Source: Verrucomicrobiia bacterium
GTDB lineage: Bacteria > Verrucomicrobiota > Verrucomicrobiia > Limisphaerales > Palsa-1400
Assembly: GCA_036501625.1 (NCBI GenBank)
Contig: DASXZY010000009.1
Location: 28,117 to 92,116, forward strand
Direction: 5' to 3'
Length of the DNA: 64,000 nt
A program made the position numbers and the translations under genes. Positions within the stretch are counted from its first letter, which is position 1; the number at the start of each line of letters is the position of its first letter. Positions 18,479 to 28,119 of this stretch are shown here, piece after piece. The notes beneath the pieces were generated by a model. It made no database searches. It saw nothing but the letters and a program-made list of their open reading frames with translations, and was not told the DNA's origin.

Positions 18479-20059
18479 ATGAAGACAAAGACGCGCCGCC
18501 AGGCATCTCCGCAAAAAGCAAAACTTTCACGCTCCCGCCTCGGCAATGGGGCTTCCATCGCCCCGCCCGTGCCAGGCGTCTCGCCCAAGGCCGCGGCGTG
18601 GCTTGCGAAAGCCAAACACAATCTCATCGCGGGCAAGTGGGTTCCAGCCGCGTCCGGCAAATTATTCGATGTTTTCAATCCTGCCGATGGCTCCGTCATC
18701 GCGCGCGTCCCGGATAGCGACCGCGAGGACATCAACCGCGCCGTCGCGTCCGCCCGGCGAGCGTTCAATGCCCAGGCCTGGCGGCACATGACTCCCAGCG
18801 ATCGCGGCAAAGTGATCTGGCGCATCGGCGATGCGATACTTGAGCACGCCGATGAACTTGCGGAATTGGAGTCCATCGATAACGGCAAGCCGCGAGCCGT
18901 CGCGCGCGGGGCCGATGTCCCACTGGCCGCCGATCTTTTCCATTACATGGCCGGATGGGCAACCAAGATCGAAGGCCAGACCATTCCGATCAGCGTGCCC
19001 TACGCACCTGGCGCTCGCTTCCACGCTTTTACGCTACGCGAGCCGGTTGGCGTCGTGGGCCAGATCATTCCGTGGAATTTTCCGCTGCTGATGGCCGCCT
19101 GGAAATTCGGCCCTGCTCTCGCCACGGGCAATTGCGTCGTGCTCAAACCCGCCGAGCAAACGCCGCTCTCCGCCTTGCGCCTGGGCGAATTGCTCCTTGA
19201 GGCCGGCTTGCCCGAAGGCGTCGTCAACATCGTGACCGGTTTCGGTGAAACCGCCGGGGCCGCCCTAGCCGCGCATGATGATGTTGACAAGATCGCCTTC
19301 ACCGGCTCGACCGAAGTGGGCCGGATTATCGTGCGCGCCGCCGCTGGAAACTTGAAAAAAGTGAGCCTCGAACTCGGTGGCAAGTCTCCCAATATTATCT
19401 TCCGCGACACCGCCGATCTCGGCGCCGCCATCAACGGCGCGGCCAGCGCCATTTTCTTCAATCACGGCCAATGCTGTTGCGCCGGTTCGCGCCTCATGGT
19501 CGAGGAAGCTGTCTTCGATTCCGTCGTCTCCGGCGTGGCTGAGCAGGCGAAAAAAATCAAAATTGGCCCCGGCCTCGACGCCGACACTCAAATGGGCCCG
19601 CTCGTTTCCGAGGAGCAATTGAAACGCGTGACCGGTTACATGAACCAGGGCAAACAGGAAGGCGCCTGCTACGTGACCGGCGGCTCCCGCAAAGGCAGCC
19701 GCGGCTATTTTGTCGAGCCAACCGTCGTCAAGGACGTCAAGCCGAACATGAGCATCGTGCGCGAGGAAATCTTTGGCCCAGTCGTGGTGGCGGAATCGTT
19801 TTCCAGCGTGGACGAACTCGTCGCGCGCGCCAATCAAACCCAATACGGATTGGCGGCCGGCGTGTGGACGCGCGATCTTTCCAAAGCGCACCGGGTCGCC
19901 GCCGAGTTAAGGGCGGGCACCGTTTGGGTCAACTGCTACAATATATTTGACGCAGCCCTGCCCTTCGGCGGATACAAACAATCCGGCTGGGGCCGCGAAA
20001 TGGGCCGCGAAGTCCTGAACCTCTACACGCAGACGAAAGCCGTCGTAGCAGGGCTTTAG
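18479..20059 (+). CDS. NAD(P)+-dependent aldehyde dehydrogenase
   Basis: FTGSTEVGRII, ELGGKSP, catalytic Cys in FNHGQCCCAGSR, and PFGGYKQSGWGRE are ALDH family hallmarks. Confidence 0.9.
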   Translation: MKTKTRRQASPQKAKLSRSRLGNGASIAPPVPGVSPKAAAWLAKAKHNLIAGKWVPAASGKLFDVFNPADGSVIARVPDSDREDINRAVASARRAFNAQAWRHMTPSDRGKVIWRIGDAILEHADELAELESIDNGKPRAVARGADVPLAADLFHYMAGWATKIEGQTIPISVPYAPGARFHAFTLREPVGVVGQIIPWNFPLLMAAWKFGPALATGNCVVLKPAEQTPLSALRLGELLLEAGLPEGVVNIVTGFGETAGAALAAHDDVDKIAFTGSTEVGRIIVRAAAGNLKKVSLELGGKSPNIIFRDTADLGAAINGAASAIFFNHGQCCCAGSRLMVEEAVFDSVVSGVAEQAKKIKIGPGLDADTQMGPLVSEEQLKRVTGYMNQGKQEGACYVTGGSRKGSRGYFVEPTVVKDVKPNMSIVREEIFGPVVVAESFSSVDELVARANQTQYGLAAGVWTRDLSKAHRVAAELRAGTVWVNCYNIFDAALPFGGYKQSGWGREMGREVLNLYTQTKAVVAGL

Positions 20060-20071
20060 CCGCAAGAGGGA

Positions 20072-20998
20072 TCAACCCCAAACTTCCGCCTGGCGCAATT
20101 GTTTTAGCAGGAGCTGTTCCAGCGGCGTTTCAGAGCTGACGCTAAAGAAAGTCATGCCGCGCCCCGAACAAAATTCGCGCAGGCGCTGGCAAAAGTTTTG
20201 CACCGTTTGCTGGTAGGCCTTAAGCCGGTATTTGCCGAACGTCACCTCCTGCATCGCTCCCGTCTCGGAATCCACCAGGCGCAAATCGCCGTAGGCGCCC
20301 GGATTCAATTCCTCTGGCGACAGGATTTGCACCGCGTTCACCTGGAATCCCCGCCCGATCAGCGCGTTCAGCCCCGCTTCATATCCGGCCGAATCTAGAA
20401 AATCGCTCAACACCACCGCCACGCCCGTTTGCCGCGAGGCCAGCGCGCCGCGCCGCAATCCCTCGTTCAAATCCGCCGCGCCGCGCGCTGTGATTTGTGA
20501 AAGATTCTGGAAATATTGCAGCGAAGATTTCCGCCCTCGAACCGCCCGCAATCCGCCCCGCGCCGCCAATTCCGCGCTCAACGCGGCGGCGTCCATGCCG
20601 GGCGCGGCGGGCGCGGCGTCCGGGAAAATATGCACCGTCACGCGGTCGAATCCGCACAACGCTACGTAGCCAACCGCCGCCGCGACCTGGCGGGCGAAAT
20701 CGAACTTCGGCGGCGCGCCGAAATTCATGGACTCACTGGCGTCAAGAAAAATGCGGACGGGCAGTTCGCGTTCCTCCTCGTAAAGTTTGAGAAAAAGTTT
20801 GTCCAGCCGCCCGTAGAGGTTCCAATCGAGGTGTCGAAAATCGTCGCCCGCCACGTAACTGCGAAAATCGGCAAACTCCACTGATTGCCCGCGGGCCTTG
20901 CTGCGGCGTTCGCCCTTGGCGGAACTCTTGGAGCGCCGCGCGGCCAGCAATTGAAACTGCTCCAGCCGCCGCAAAAGTTCAGGAGTCAGCAGCGCCAT
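20072..20998 (-). CDS. DUF58 domain protein (MoxR-associated, vWA-like)
   Basis: GQSVEFADFRSYVAGDDFRHLDWNLYGRLDKLFLKLYEEE is the DUF58 signature. It lies immediately downstream of a MoxR ATPase. Confidence 0.8.
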   Translation of the reverse strand: MALLTPELLRRLEQFQLLAARRSKSSAKGERRSKARGQSVEFADFRSYVAGDDFRHLDWNLYGRLDKLFLKLYEEERELPVRIFLDASESMNFGAPPKFDFARQVAAAVGYVALCGFDRVTVHIFPDAAPAAPGMDAAALSAELAARGGLRAVRGRKSSLQYFQNLSQITARGAADLNEGLRRGALASRQTGVAVVLSDFLDSAGYEAGLNALIGRGFQVNAVQILSPEELNPGAYGDLRLVDSETGAMQEVTFGKYRLKAYQQTVQNFCQRLREFCSGRGMTFFSVSSETPLEQLLLKQLRQAEVWG

Positions 20999-21006
20999 GG
21001 CCGGCC

Positions 21007-22008
21007 CTATGCTGCGACCGCCGCGGCGTCCCTCGGCACGTCCTTCAATATCTGCGTGATGATGTGGTCAGTCGTGATGCCCTCCGCCTCGGCCTCGAAA
21101 TTCAAAATCAGCCGGTGCCGCAGCGCCGCCGCTGCCACCGCGTGAATATCCTCGAAGCTGACATTGAATCGCCCAAGCGTGAGCGCGCGCACCTTGGCCG
21201 CCAGCAATAGCGTTTGCCCCCCGCGCGGGCTGCTCCCAAATCGCAAATACTGGTTGGCAATCGGCGCGGCCGTTTCCGTCTTCGGATGCGTCCCCAGCAC
21301 CAGCCGCACGGCGTAATCCTTCACGTGCGACGCCACCGGGACCTGGCGCACCAGCTTTTGCAATTCCACGATTTGCTCCTTGGCCACCACGCGGTTGATC
21401 TCCACTTTCGCGCCCTCGGTCGTGCGGGTCAGCACTTCCGTCAATTCCTCCCCGGTCGGGTAGCCCACGATCAATTTGAAAAAGAACCGATCCAATTGCG
21501 CTTCGGGCAGCGGATACGTCCCTTCCTGGTCAATGGGGTTTTGCGTGGCCAGCACGAAAAACGGCTCGGCCAGCTTGCGGATCTCCCCGCCGGCCGTGAC
21601 GCTTTTTTCCTGCATCGCTTCCAGCATGGCCGATTGCGTTTTGGGGGTCGCGCGGTTAATTTCATCGGCCAGCACGAGATGGGCGAAAATCGGGCCGCGC
21701 TGAAATTGGAACTCGCGCCGCCCCCCTGGCGTTTCCATGACGATGTTGGTGCCGAGAATATCGGCCGGCATGAGGTCCGGGGTGAATTGGATGCGGTTGA
21801 AGCTCATGTCGAGCACCTCGCTCAAGGTGCGGACGAGGAGGGTTTTGCCCAGGCCCGGCACGCCTTCCAGCAGCACGTGCCCGCCGCCAAAAATGGCGAT
21901 CAGCGTGCCATCGACGATTTCCTGATGGCCGACGATCACTTTGCCAATTTCCGCGCGAAGCGACAAATAAGCCGCGCGAAAGGATTCGATTTGCTCTTCG
22001 GTGCTCAT
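21007..22008 (-). CDS. MoxR-like AAA+ ATPase
   Basis: HVLLEGVPGLGKTLLVRTLSEVLDMSFNRIQFTPDLMPADILGT...HLVLADEINRATPKTQSAMLEAMQE is the MoxR family pattern. Confidence 0.9.
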   Translation of the reverse strand: MSTEEQIESFRAAYLSLRAEIGKVIVGHQEIVDGTLIAIFGGGHVLLEGVPGLGKTLLVRTLSEVLDMSFNRIQFTPDLMPADILGTNIVMETPGGRREFQFQRGPIFAHLVLADEINRATPKTQSAMLEAMQEKSVTAGGEIRKLAEPFFVLATQNPIDQEGTYPLPEAQLDRFFFKLIVGYPTGEELTEVLTRTTEGAKVEINRVVAKEQIVELQKLVRQVPVASHVKDYAVRLVLGTHPKTETAAPIANQYLRFGSSPRGGQTLLLAAKVRALTLGRFNVSFEDIHAVAAAALRHRLILNFEAEAEGITTDHIITQILKDVPRDAAAVAA

Positions 22009-22464
22009 GTTTTAAATCCTTGCTGTTTGCTTGAAACCATAGCTACACGCTCCCCCGCGAAAAGCAATCTGTTTTTGCCCGGCAGAGATTTCCGCGGCCA
22101 GCCCGGGCTGAACCGCAGCCTTGTCCCGCCAGCACAATGCAATTCGGTTATGCGGGAGAGGCGAGCGCCGCGAGCGCCCTGTTATTGGCGAGGTTGAGGC
22201 CGTCACACTCTAAAATGCAAAAGGCGTTCATCCACTCCAAATTGCGTAGCGGCATGTTCTCCTCGTAATTCTCAAGCTTTTCGTGTTAAACCGCATAAGA
22301 AAAGCGCCACATCCCCAAGACGGGCTTCAGTTCAGGAAGGTGCAAAGACACGCCGCCAATTTGCTTGGGCGTCAATTACCGCCGCAAATTCAAGCAACTT
22401 CTCTTTCGCAGATTGAACTGGCAGATCAAGCGCGGCGTTTTGGTCCGCCCGCCGAGGCGGGCCC

Positions 22465-22839
22465 TCAATCCCCCAGCAGCCCCGCAAACGCTCTCCGGTA
22501 CGCCCACAACAAAAACAGCGCAATAAGCGCGATCACAATCGCCATTGGCAGGGACGTGTGATCGAGGAATATCGAGTAAAATAAAATATTCACGATCACC
22601 GGCCCCAAAAGCGTCAAGCCCAGCGGCACTTTTTTGCCGATGAGCAGGAGCGCGCCGCCGGCCACCTCAAAACATTTGACGGCGTAGATGTAGCCGCTGC
22701 CGAAAAGCGCGGCCATGAATTCGCCCGCGTGGCCCTTGGGCGGCGGCGGGGTTGGCATCAAGTGCAGAAGCGTAACCAGCCCGAACACAAAAAATACCAG
22801 CCCCAGCAAAACGCGGGCAATGATGGTTGCAATTTTCAT
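22465..22839 (-). CDS. DoxX family membrane protein
   Basis: 124 aa with four predicted TM helices. The RVLLGLVFFVFG / AGGALLLIGKKVPLGLTLLGP pattern is typical of DoxX. Confidence 0.65.
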   Translation of the reverse strand: MKIATIIARVLLGLVFFVFGLVTLLHLMPTPPPPKGHAGEFMAALFGSGYIYAVKCFEVAGGALLLIGKKVPLGLTLLGPVIVNILFYSIFLDHTSLPMAIVIALIALFLLWAYRRAFAGLLGD

Positions 22840-22855
22840 CGTGGCCTTTCTATTT

Positions 22856-23551
22856 TCAGTTTAGGTCAAATATAAGCACTTGCGAAGGCTTCGACGCGCT
22901 CAATTCCAACGCGCCTTCCTCGCTGATGGCCGCGGCGGCGCCCCCCGCCAGCTTCTTGCCGTTCAGCGTGAGTTCGCCTTCGGCAACATGCACCCACGCA
23001 TGGCGCCCGCGCGCGAGCGGAAGCGCGGCGCGGTCTCCGCTCTTGAATTTGGCCAGCCAAAGATCGGCGTCCTGATGGATGGCAATCGAGCCGTCGCGGC
23101 CCGTCTTGCTCGCGACCAGGCGCGGCACACCCGCGGGCGCGTCCGTCATCGATTTCTCCGCGTAGCGCGGCGTGACGCCCATGGCATCCGGCTGAATCCA
23201 GATTTGCAGCAAATGCACCGCCTCATCTTTGGACGGATTGAACTCGCTGTGGCGCACGCCCGATCCGGCCGCCATGTATTGCACCTCGCCGGGGCGGATG
23301 ACTCGCCCGTTGCCCATCGAATCCTTATGTTCCAGGGCGCCGCTCAGGACATAAGTGATGATTTCCATATCGCGATGCGGATGCGTGCCGAAGCCCATGC
23401 CGGGCATGACAAGGTCATCGTTAATCACGCGCAGGCTGCGAAAGCCCATCCATTCCGGGTCGTAATAATCCGCGAAACTGAACGTGTGCCAGGAATCCAG
23501 CCACCCGTGTTCGGCGTGGCCCCTTTCGTTTGCTTTTCTAATTTTCATCAT
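22856..23551 (-). CDS. Pirin family protein
   Basis: HGWLDSWHTFSFADYYDPEWMGFRSLRVINDDLVMPGMGFGTHPHRDMEIITYVLSGALEH is the pirin N-terminal cupin with metal-binding His. Confidence 0.85.
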   Translation of the reverse strand: MMKIRKANERGHAEHGWLDSWHTFSFADYYDPEWMGFRSLRVINDDLVMPGMGFGTHPHRDMEIITYVLSGALEHKDSMGNGRVIRPGEVQYMAAGSGVRHSEFNPSKDEAVHLLQIWIQPDAMGVTPRYAEKSMTDAPAGVPRLVASKTGRDGSIAIHQDADLWLAKFKSGDRAALPLARGRHAWVHVAEGELTLNGKKLAGGAAAAISEEGALELSASKPSQVLIFDLN

Positions 23552-23657
23552 GGCTCAAACATTGCACAACACCGGCCGGCCTGTGAAAGACCAAGTTTCT
23601 TGACTGAGTATAACTTAGAGTTCTGCTTGGCAAGAGGCATCCCGCGCGCAAGATCAC

Positions 23658-24107
23658 TCAGCGGCAGACATTTGGAAGCTCGTTGAAGGTGAGCCAAAAG
23701 CCTTTAATGAGCTTGGCGAGGTCAACGCGGCTTTCAGTTCCTTGCGGCTTCACGACGAAGGCGTTGACGCCAAGCCGGTAGGTGTTTTCGACGTCCTCCG
23801 GGTTGGCGGAAGAGGAGAGCATAATGGTCGGGAGACAGGACAAATTCTCCTGTTTCTTGAGCCATTGCAGAACTTCAATGCCGGTCTTGCGCGGCATTTT
23901 GACGTCGAGAACCAGCAAAGTGGGAAAGGGAAATTTGTCACGGTCCGCGAATTCTCCGGCGCCCGAAAGATAATCAATGGCCTGCTGGCCGTCGTTGACG
24001 ACTTGAAGGCGATTATCGACCCGCGCCGATTCGAACGCATGTTTAAAAAGAAAGACATCGTTCGGATCATCTTCCGCAAGCAGAACAGTTTGCGCGTTTA
24101 TGTTCAT
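23658..24107 (-). CDS. Response regulator, receiver domain only (CheY-like)
   Basis: MNINAQTVLLAEDDPNDVFLF...TLLVLDVKMPRKTGIEVLQWLKK...AFVVKP. The track ORF runs 34 aa further upstream, but the start is placed at MNINAQ, 4 bp after the kinase stop. Confidence 0.8.
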   Translation of the reverse strand: MNINAQTVLLAEDDPNDVFLFKHAFESARVDNRLQVVNDGQQAIDYLSGAGEFADRDKFPFPTLLVLDVKMPRKTGIEVLQWLKKQENLSCLPTIMLSSSANPEDVENTYRLGVNAFVVKPQGTESRVDLAKLIKGFWLTFNELPNVCR

Positions 24108-24111
24108 GTCT

Positions 24112-24825
24112 TTATGGGCGCCGCAGTTGCAACCAGAAACAGCTTCCCTGGCCAAGCTCGGATTGAACCCCGGTTTGACCATGCATTCTCTCAACAGCTT
24201 TGCGGACAATGGCCAGGCCTATGCCGGTTCCAGGATACGAGGTGCTATGCACCCTTTGAAACATGTGGAACAAGCGGTCCTGCTCTTTTTTGTTGATGCC
24301 AATCCCATTGTCCTTAAAGCAAAGACGGACACCGGCCTCGTTTTGTTCAGCATAAACGCTCACCTCCGCCACAGCGCCTGCCGGAACGAACTTGACAGCA
24401 TTTTCCAGCAGGTTGGCGATGCACTGCGTCAGGGAAGGCGGATTCGCGCTGACATGCGGCAACGGGCGCTGAATTTTGATGACAGCTTTGGGCGGTTGCA
24501 ATTCAAGCCGCTCGCCAATAATCGTGTCTATGAGATGCTCGACGTCCACAGCTTCAAGCCGGATGGGCGAGCGCGAGATGCGGGTGAACTCGAGCAAGTC
24601 AAGCACCAGCCTGTCCAGGCGGCGGGACGACTCGATGGTTCGCCTAAGAAGTTCCACGTCTTCGGGGGCAAGTTTGTCTCTCCCGTGTTCTAGCACGATT
24701 TCGTTAAAGCTTTGGATCGTCCGCAGAGGCGCCCGCATGTCGTGAGTCAAGCTGTAGGAAAAAGCTTCCAATTCGGCCACGGCCTTCTGCAATTCGTGCG
24801 TCCTTTCCGCCACCTTTTCTTCCAA
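24112..24825 (-). CDS. Histidine kinase core (HisKA + HATPase_c). This is the C-terminal half of a PAS sensor kinase interrupted by a frameshift.
   Basis: H-box FSYSLTHDMRAPLRTI, N box NLLENAVKF, G boxes KDNGIGI and GTGIGLAIV. The in-frame upstream sequence reads ...HIGASKIARDITERNRNEHAL, which continues the PAS ORF. Confidence 0.8.
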   Translation of the reverse strand: MEEKVAERTHELQKAVAELEAFSYSLTHDMRAPLRTIQSFNEIVLEHGRDKLAPEDVELLRRTIESSRRLDRLVLDLLEFTRISRSPIRLEAVDVEHLIDTIIGERLELQPPKAVIKIQRPLPHVSANPPSLTQCIANLLENAVKFVPAGAVAEVSVYAEQNEAGVRLCFKDNGIGINKKEQDRLFHMFQRVHSTSYPGTGIGLAIVRKAVERMHGQTGVQSELGQGSCFWLQLRRP

Positions 24826-24920
24826 AGCCTGCGCGTGGGTCGCAAGCCTTTGGTTGGCCTCTGCCAGGGCATGCTCGTTCCGGTTGCGCTCAGTAATGTC
24901 GCGGGCGATCTTGGACGCTC

Positions 24921-26012
24921 CTATATGTGCCCTTCCTTATCCTTGATGGGAGAAATGCTGAGCGAAACAGGAATGTTCCTGCCGTCTTTGGCCATTCGAA
25001 TGGTTTCAAAATGCCGTATTCGTTCGCCTTTGCGGAGCCGCGCGAGAATTTCGTCCTCCTGAGGCTGCAATTCTTGCGGGATTATTTTCTTAATGGATTG
25101 ACCCACCATCTCATCCTGAGTGTAGCCGAAAATTTGTTGCGCCCCTTCATTCCAACTCGTGACTATGCCTTCAAGATTCTTGCCCACGATGGCGTCATCT
25201 GAGTTTTGGATGATGGCGGCCAGGCGCAACGCAACCAATTCCGCCGCCCGCCGGTGGCCAACGTCGCGAAATACCAGCACGACGCCCTTCAATTCTGTCC
25301 CGCCTGCCCGGATTGGCGAACCGCTGTCTTCAATCGGGCGTTCCTGCCCGTCTTTGGAAATTAAGAGGGTGTGGTTTGCGAGCGCCACCACCTTCCTTTC
25401 CGTCAGCGCCTTGGTCACTGGGTTTTCGCATTTCTTCCTCGTGAATTCATTGATGATGTTAAACGCCTTGTCCAGCGGGGCGCCGAGAGCCTCCCGCGCT
25501 TCCCATCCGGTCAAACTCTCAGCGGCAGAATTCATAAATGTGATCCTGCCCAAATTGTCGGTCGCGATCACGGCATCGCCGATGCTTCCCAAAGTGATGC
25601 GAAACCGCTCCTCGCTTTGGGCTACGCTTTCGTGCGCCCGCACTTCACCCGTAATGTCCCGGGCGATTTGCGAGGCTCCGACGACTTTGCCTTCGGAAGT
25701 GATGATTGGAGAAACCGTGAGAGAGATGTTCAAGTGGGCGCCGTTCTTGGCCTTGCGGATTGTCTCGTAATGACGGATTCGCTCTCCCCTTCTTATTCGC
25801 TGCAAGATAAAAGCCTCTTCATCCTGGTTTCCATCAGGAATAAGCATGGTTGCTGGCTGCCCTACCGCTTCCTGGACTGTGTAGCCGAAAATTCCCTGAG
25901 CTGCGGCGTTCCAACTGCAAATTGTGCCATCAAGATTCTTGGTCATGATCGCATCATCGGAAGATTCTACGATCGCTCCCAGCAACTCTTTGGCGTTCTC
26001 TAGCGGATTCAT
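24921..26012 (-). CDS. Triple PAS-domain sensor region, the N-terminal half of the frameshifted sensor kinase
   Basis: Three PAS-like repeats (...ESSDDAIMTKNLDGTICSWNAAAQGIFGY..., ...GSIGDAVIATDNLGRITFMNSAAESLTGW..., ...QNSDDAIVGKNLEGIVTSWNEGAQQIFGY...). It ends ...ISPIKDKEGHI* at 24921, one frame off from the kinase core. Confidence 0.8.
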   Translation of the reverse strand: MNPLENAKELLGAIVESSDDAIMTKNLDGTICSWNAAAQGIFGYTVQEAVGQPATMLIPDGNQDEEAFILQRIRRGERIRHYETIRKAKNGAHLNISLTVSPIITSEGKVVGASQIARDITGEVRAHESVAQSEERFRITLGSIGDAVIATDNLGRITFMNSAAESLTGWEAREALGAPLDKAFNIINEFTRKKCENPVTKALTERKVVALANHTLLISKDGQERPIEDSGSPIRAGGTELKGVVLVFRDVGHRRAAELVALRLAAIIQNSDDAIVGKNLEGIVTSWNEGAQQIFGYTQDEMVGQSIKKIIPQELQPQEDEILARLRKGERIRHFETIRMAKDGRNIPVSLSISPIKDKEGHI

Positions 26013-26408
26013 GGGCTTGCCCTTAACCCTAACTGTACTGGTTGATCTGCATTCTTCAAGCAGAACCTTCTTCTTGCGTGCGCCGCAGTCAAAACTGTGG
26101 CGTTCCCAACCACAACAACTTTAGCATTCTCCTTTGGGCGGGAATTCAACATCCGTGGCTTTCAGCGCCATGTTTTCCCAGGCCACCGGTGTGCTGGACG
26201 CAGCCGGCACAATGTCCATGCTGGGTTTCAGGTTGGCTGGCTTGGCCGCATTGCGGCGTCGGCTTGGCAAAAGCCCGGCCGGCAAGGCGAGAATCGCAAA
26301 TCTTCATAACCCGCCAAGAACTGTCCGGCCAGTTTTTCTTTTGAAAATGCGTCCCTTGACATTCTTCCCATGTTCGACCACAGTTGGGCTGTTAATTTTG
26401 TAATCGTT

Positions 26409-26504
26409 ATGAAAAAAGTTAAAGCTCGCAAGCAGTGGAAGAAACCGCAAGTCAAAGCCGTCCAACTTTGTTGTGAGTGTACGGCTTACGTCGGCGCGGA
26501 ATAA
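26409..26504 (+). CDS. pqqA: Coenzyme PQQ precursor peptide PqqA (31 aa), not in the ORF track
   Basis: Hand translation gives MKKVKARKQWKKPQVKAVQLCCECTAYVGAE*. The spacing WKKP-x9-E-x-T-x-Y matches the PqqA consensus (e.g. WKKPAFIDLRLGLEVTLY) with conserved Glu and Tyr. It sits immediately upstream of pqqB. Confidence 0.7.
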   Translation: MKKVKARKQWKKPQVKAVQLCCECTAYVGAE

Positions 26505-26512
26505 TTCGCTCT

Positions 26513-27427
26513 TTGTTCCAAGGCCTGGAGGCCGCTATTCGTGTTCTGCTGTTAGGGGTTGCTGCGGGCGGAGGCCTGCCGCAGTGGAACTGCGCCTGCG
26601 CCAATTGCCAGCAGGCGAGGCGCGGTGTCATCCGGCCCCAAACCCAGTCTTCCGTCGCCATTGGCGATGAGCGCGGCCATTGGTTCCTAGTCAATGCTTC
26701 GCCAGATTTGTCTGCCCAGATATTAGCCCATCCTGACTTGGGGCCGCAGCCCGGCTCCTCGCGCAATTCTCCCATCGCGGGTGTTTTCCTGAGCAGTGCC
26801 GACGTGGATCACGTCACGGGTTTGCTTTCTTTGCGGGAGGGAAACGCGCTCCGCATTTATGCCACTCCCGCCATTCAGCAGGCGGCTTCCATTCTAGTTG
26901 ACCCTGTCTTGCAGTCTTTTTGCGGCGTGGCTTGGGGCTTGCCTCGCCAGGGCGAGGGGTTGCAAGGGCCTGATGGCGGTGAAACTTCCCTGAAGGCTCG
27001 CGTCATCCTGCTTCCTGGACATGCTCCCCGTTACGCCCCCAATGACTCCAAAGGCGATTATACAGCGGCCTGGCAATTCCTGGACGAACGCACCGGCGGA
27101 CGGCTGCTGGTAGCGCCTGGGGTGTCGGAGTTGACCGGCCCGTTGGAGGATGCGGCCAAGGAATCCGATGCCGTACTCCTGGACGGCACATTTTGGCGCC
27201 AGGACGAGTTGAGCGACATCCGGCCCGGCGCTCCCAAAGCCTGGGAAATGGGCCACAAGCCGATCAAAGATGGCACGCTGCCTTTTCTCGCTTCTCTTCC
27301 CGGCCGCCGAATTTATATCCATATCAACAACACAAATCCCATCTTCGATCCCGCCTCGCCCGAACGCGCCGCGGTCGAAGCGGCTGGCGTCGCCGTTGGC
27401 CATGATGGGATGACCTTCGATCTATGA
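26513..27427 (+). CDS. pqqB: Coenzyme PQQ synthesis protein B (metallo-beta-lactamase fold)
   Basis: LLLGVAAGGGLPQWNCACANCQQAR...QSSVAIGD...WFLVNASPDLSAQI is the PqqB N-terminal signature. The track ORF starts at GTG 26477 and overlaps pqqA, so the likely start is TTG 26513 (MFQGLEAAIRVLLLG). Confidence 0.85.
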   Translation: MFQGLEAAIRVLLLGVAAGGGLPQWNCACANCQQARRGVIRPQTQSSVAIGDERGHWFLVNASPDLSAQILAHPDLGPQPGSSRNSPIAGVFLSSADVDHVTGLLSLREGNALRIYATPAIQQAASILVDPVLQSFCGVAWGLPRQGEGLQGPDGGETSLKARVILLPGHAPRYAPNDSKGDYTAAWQFLDERTGGRLLVAPGVSELTGPLEDAAKESDAVLLDGTFWRQDELSDIRPGAPKAWEMGHKPIKDGTLPFLASLPGRRIYIHINNTNPIFDPASPERAAVEAAGVAVGHDGMTFDL

Positions 27428-28119
27428 CAAAGCCTCCGTGGAGCCGGCCAGTATTCATAGTGCGCCTGCGCAAAATCGGCGGCGCGTCGTATCACAACAA
27501 GCACCCGTTCCATGTTCAGATGAACGCCGGGAAGCTGGACCGCGCGGCCATTCAAACGTGGGTGGCGAATCGGTTTTATTACCAATCCAACATTCCCATC
27601 AAGGACGCCGCCATTCTTTCCAATTGCCCGTCGCGCGATGTGCGCCGCCTCTGGCTCCATCGCATCACGGATCACGACGGCACGCAAGGAGACGAGGGAG
27701 GCATTGAGGCTTGGTTGCGCCTGGGCGCGGCTTGCGGCCTGCGCCGCAACGATTTGCTGGCGCAAAAACATGTCGTGCCGGGCGTGCGCTTTGCCGTCGA
27801 TGCCTACGTCAATTTCACCCGCCGCGAACCGTGGCCGGTCGCCGTGGCTTCTTCGCTGACGGAATTGTTCGCGCCGGATTTGATGGCCAAGCGGCTGGAA
27901 GCCTTCCGGCGTTATTATCGCTGGGTGCAGCCTGAAGGGCTGGATTACTTCAGCCGCCGCTTGACCCAGGCCCCGCGCGATTCCAACGAAGGCCTGGAAC
28001 TAACTTTGCGATATTGCGCCACGCGCGACATGCAGGAAGCCGCCGTTCGCGCGCTCCAATTCAAATGCGATCTGCTCTGGGCCATGCTCGACGCGATCCA
28101 ATCCCAAAGCCTCCGATGA
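27424..28119 (+). CDS. pqqC: Pyrroloquinoline-quinone synthase PqqC
   Basis: HPFHVQMNAGKLDRAAIQTWVANRFYYQSNIPIKDAAILSNCPSRDVRRLW...LELTLRYCATRDMQEAAVRALQFKCDLLWAMLDAI. ATGA overlap with pqqB. Confidence 0.9.
   Translation: MTKPPWSRPVFIVRLRKIGGASYHNKHPFHVQMNAGKLDRAAIQTWVANRFYYQSNIPIKDAAILSNCPSRDVRRLWLHRITDHDGTQGDEGGIEAWLRLGAACGLRRNDLLAQKHVVPGVRFAVDAYVNFTRREPWPVAVASSLTELFAPDLMAKRLEAFRRYYRWVQPEGLDYFSRRLTQAPRDSNEGLELTLRYCATRDMQEAAVRALQFKCDLLWAMLDAIQSQSLR

Noticed and set aside
22440-22470. GC-rich hairpin (gcccgccgaggcgggc) just past the DoxX stop, considered as a terminator
   Set aside because: There is no U-tract on the relevant (minus) strand and the stem is short. Support is too weak to report as a feature.
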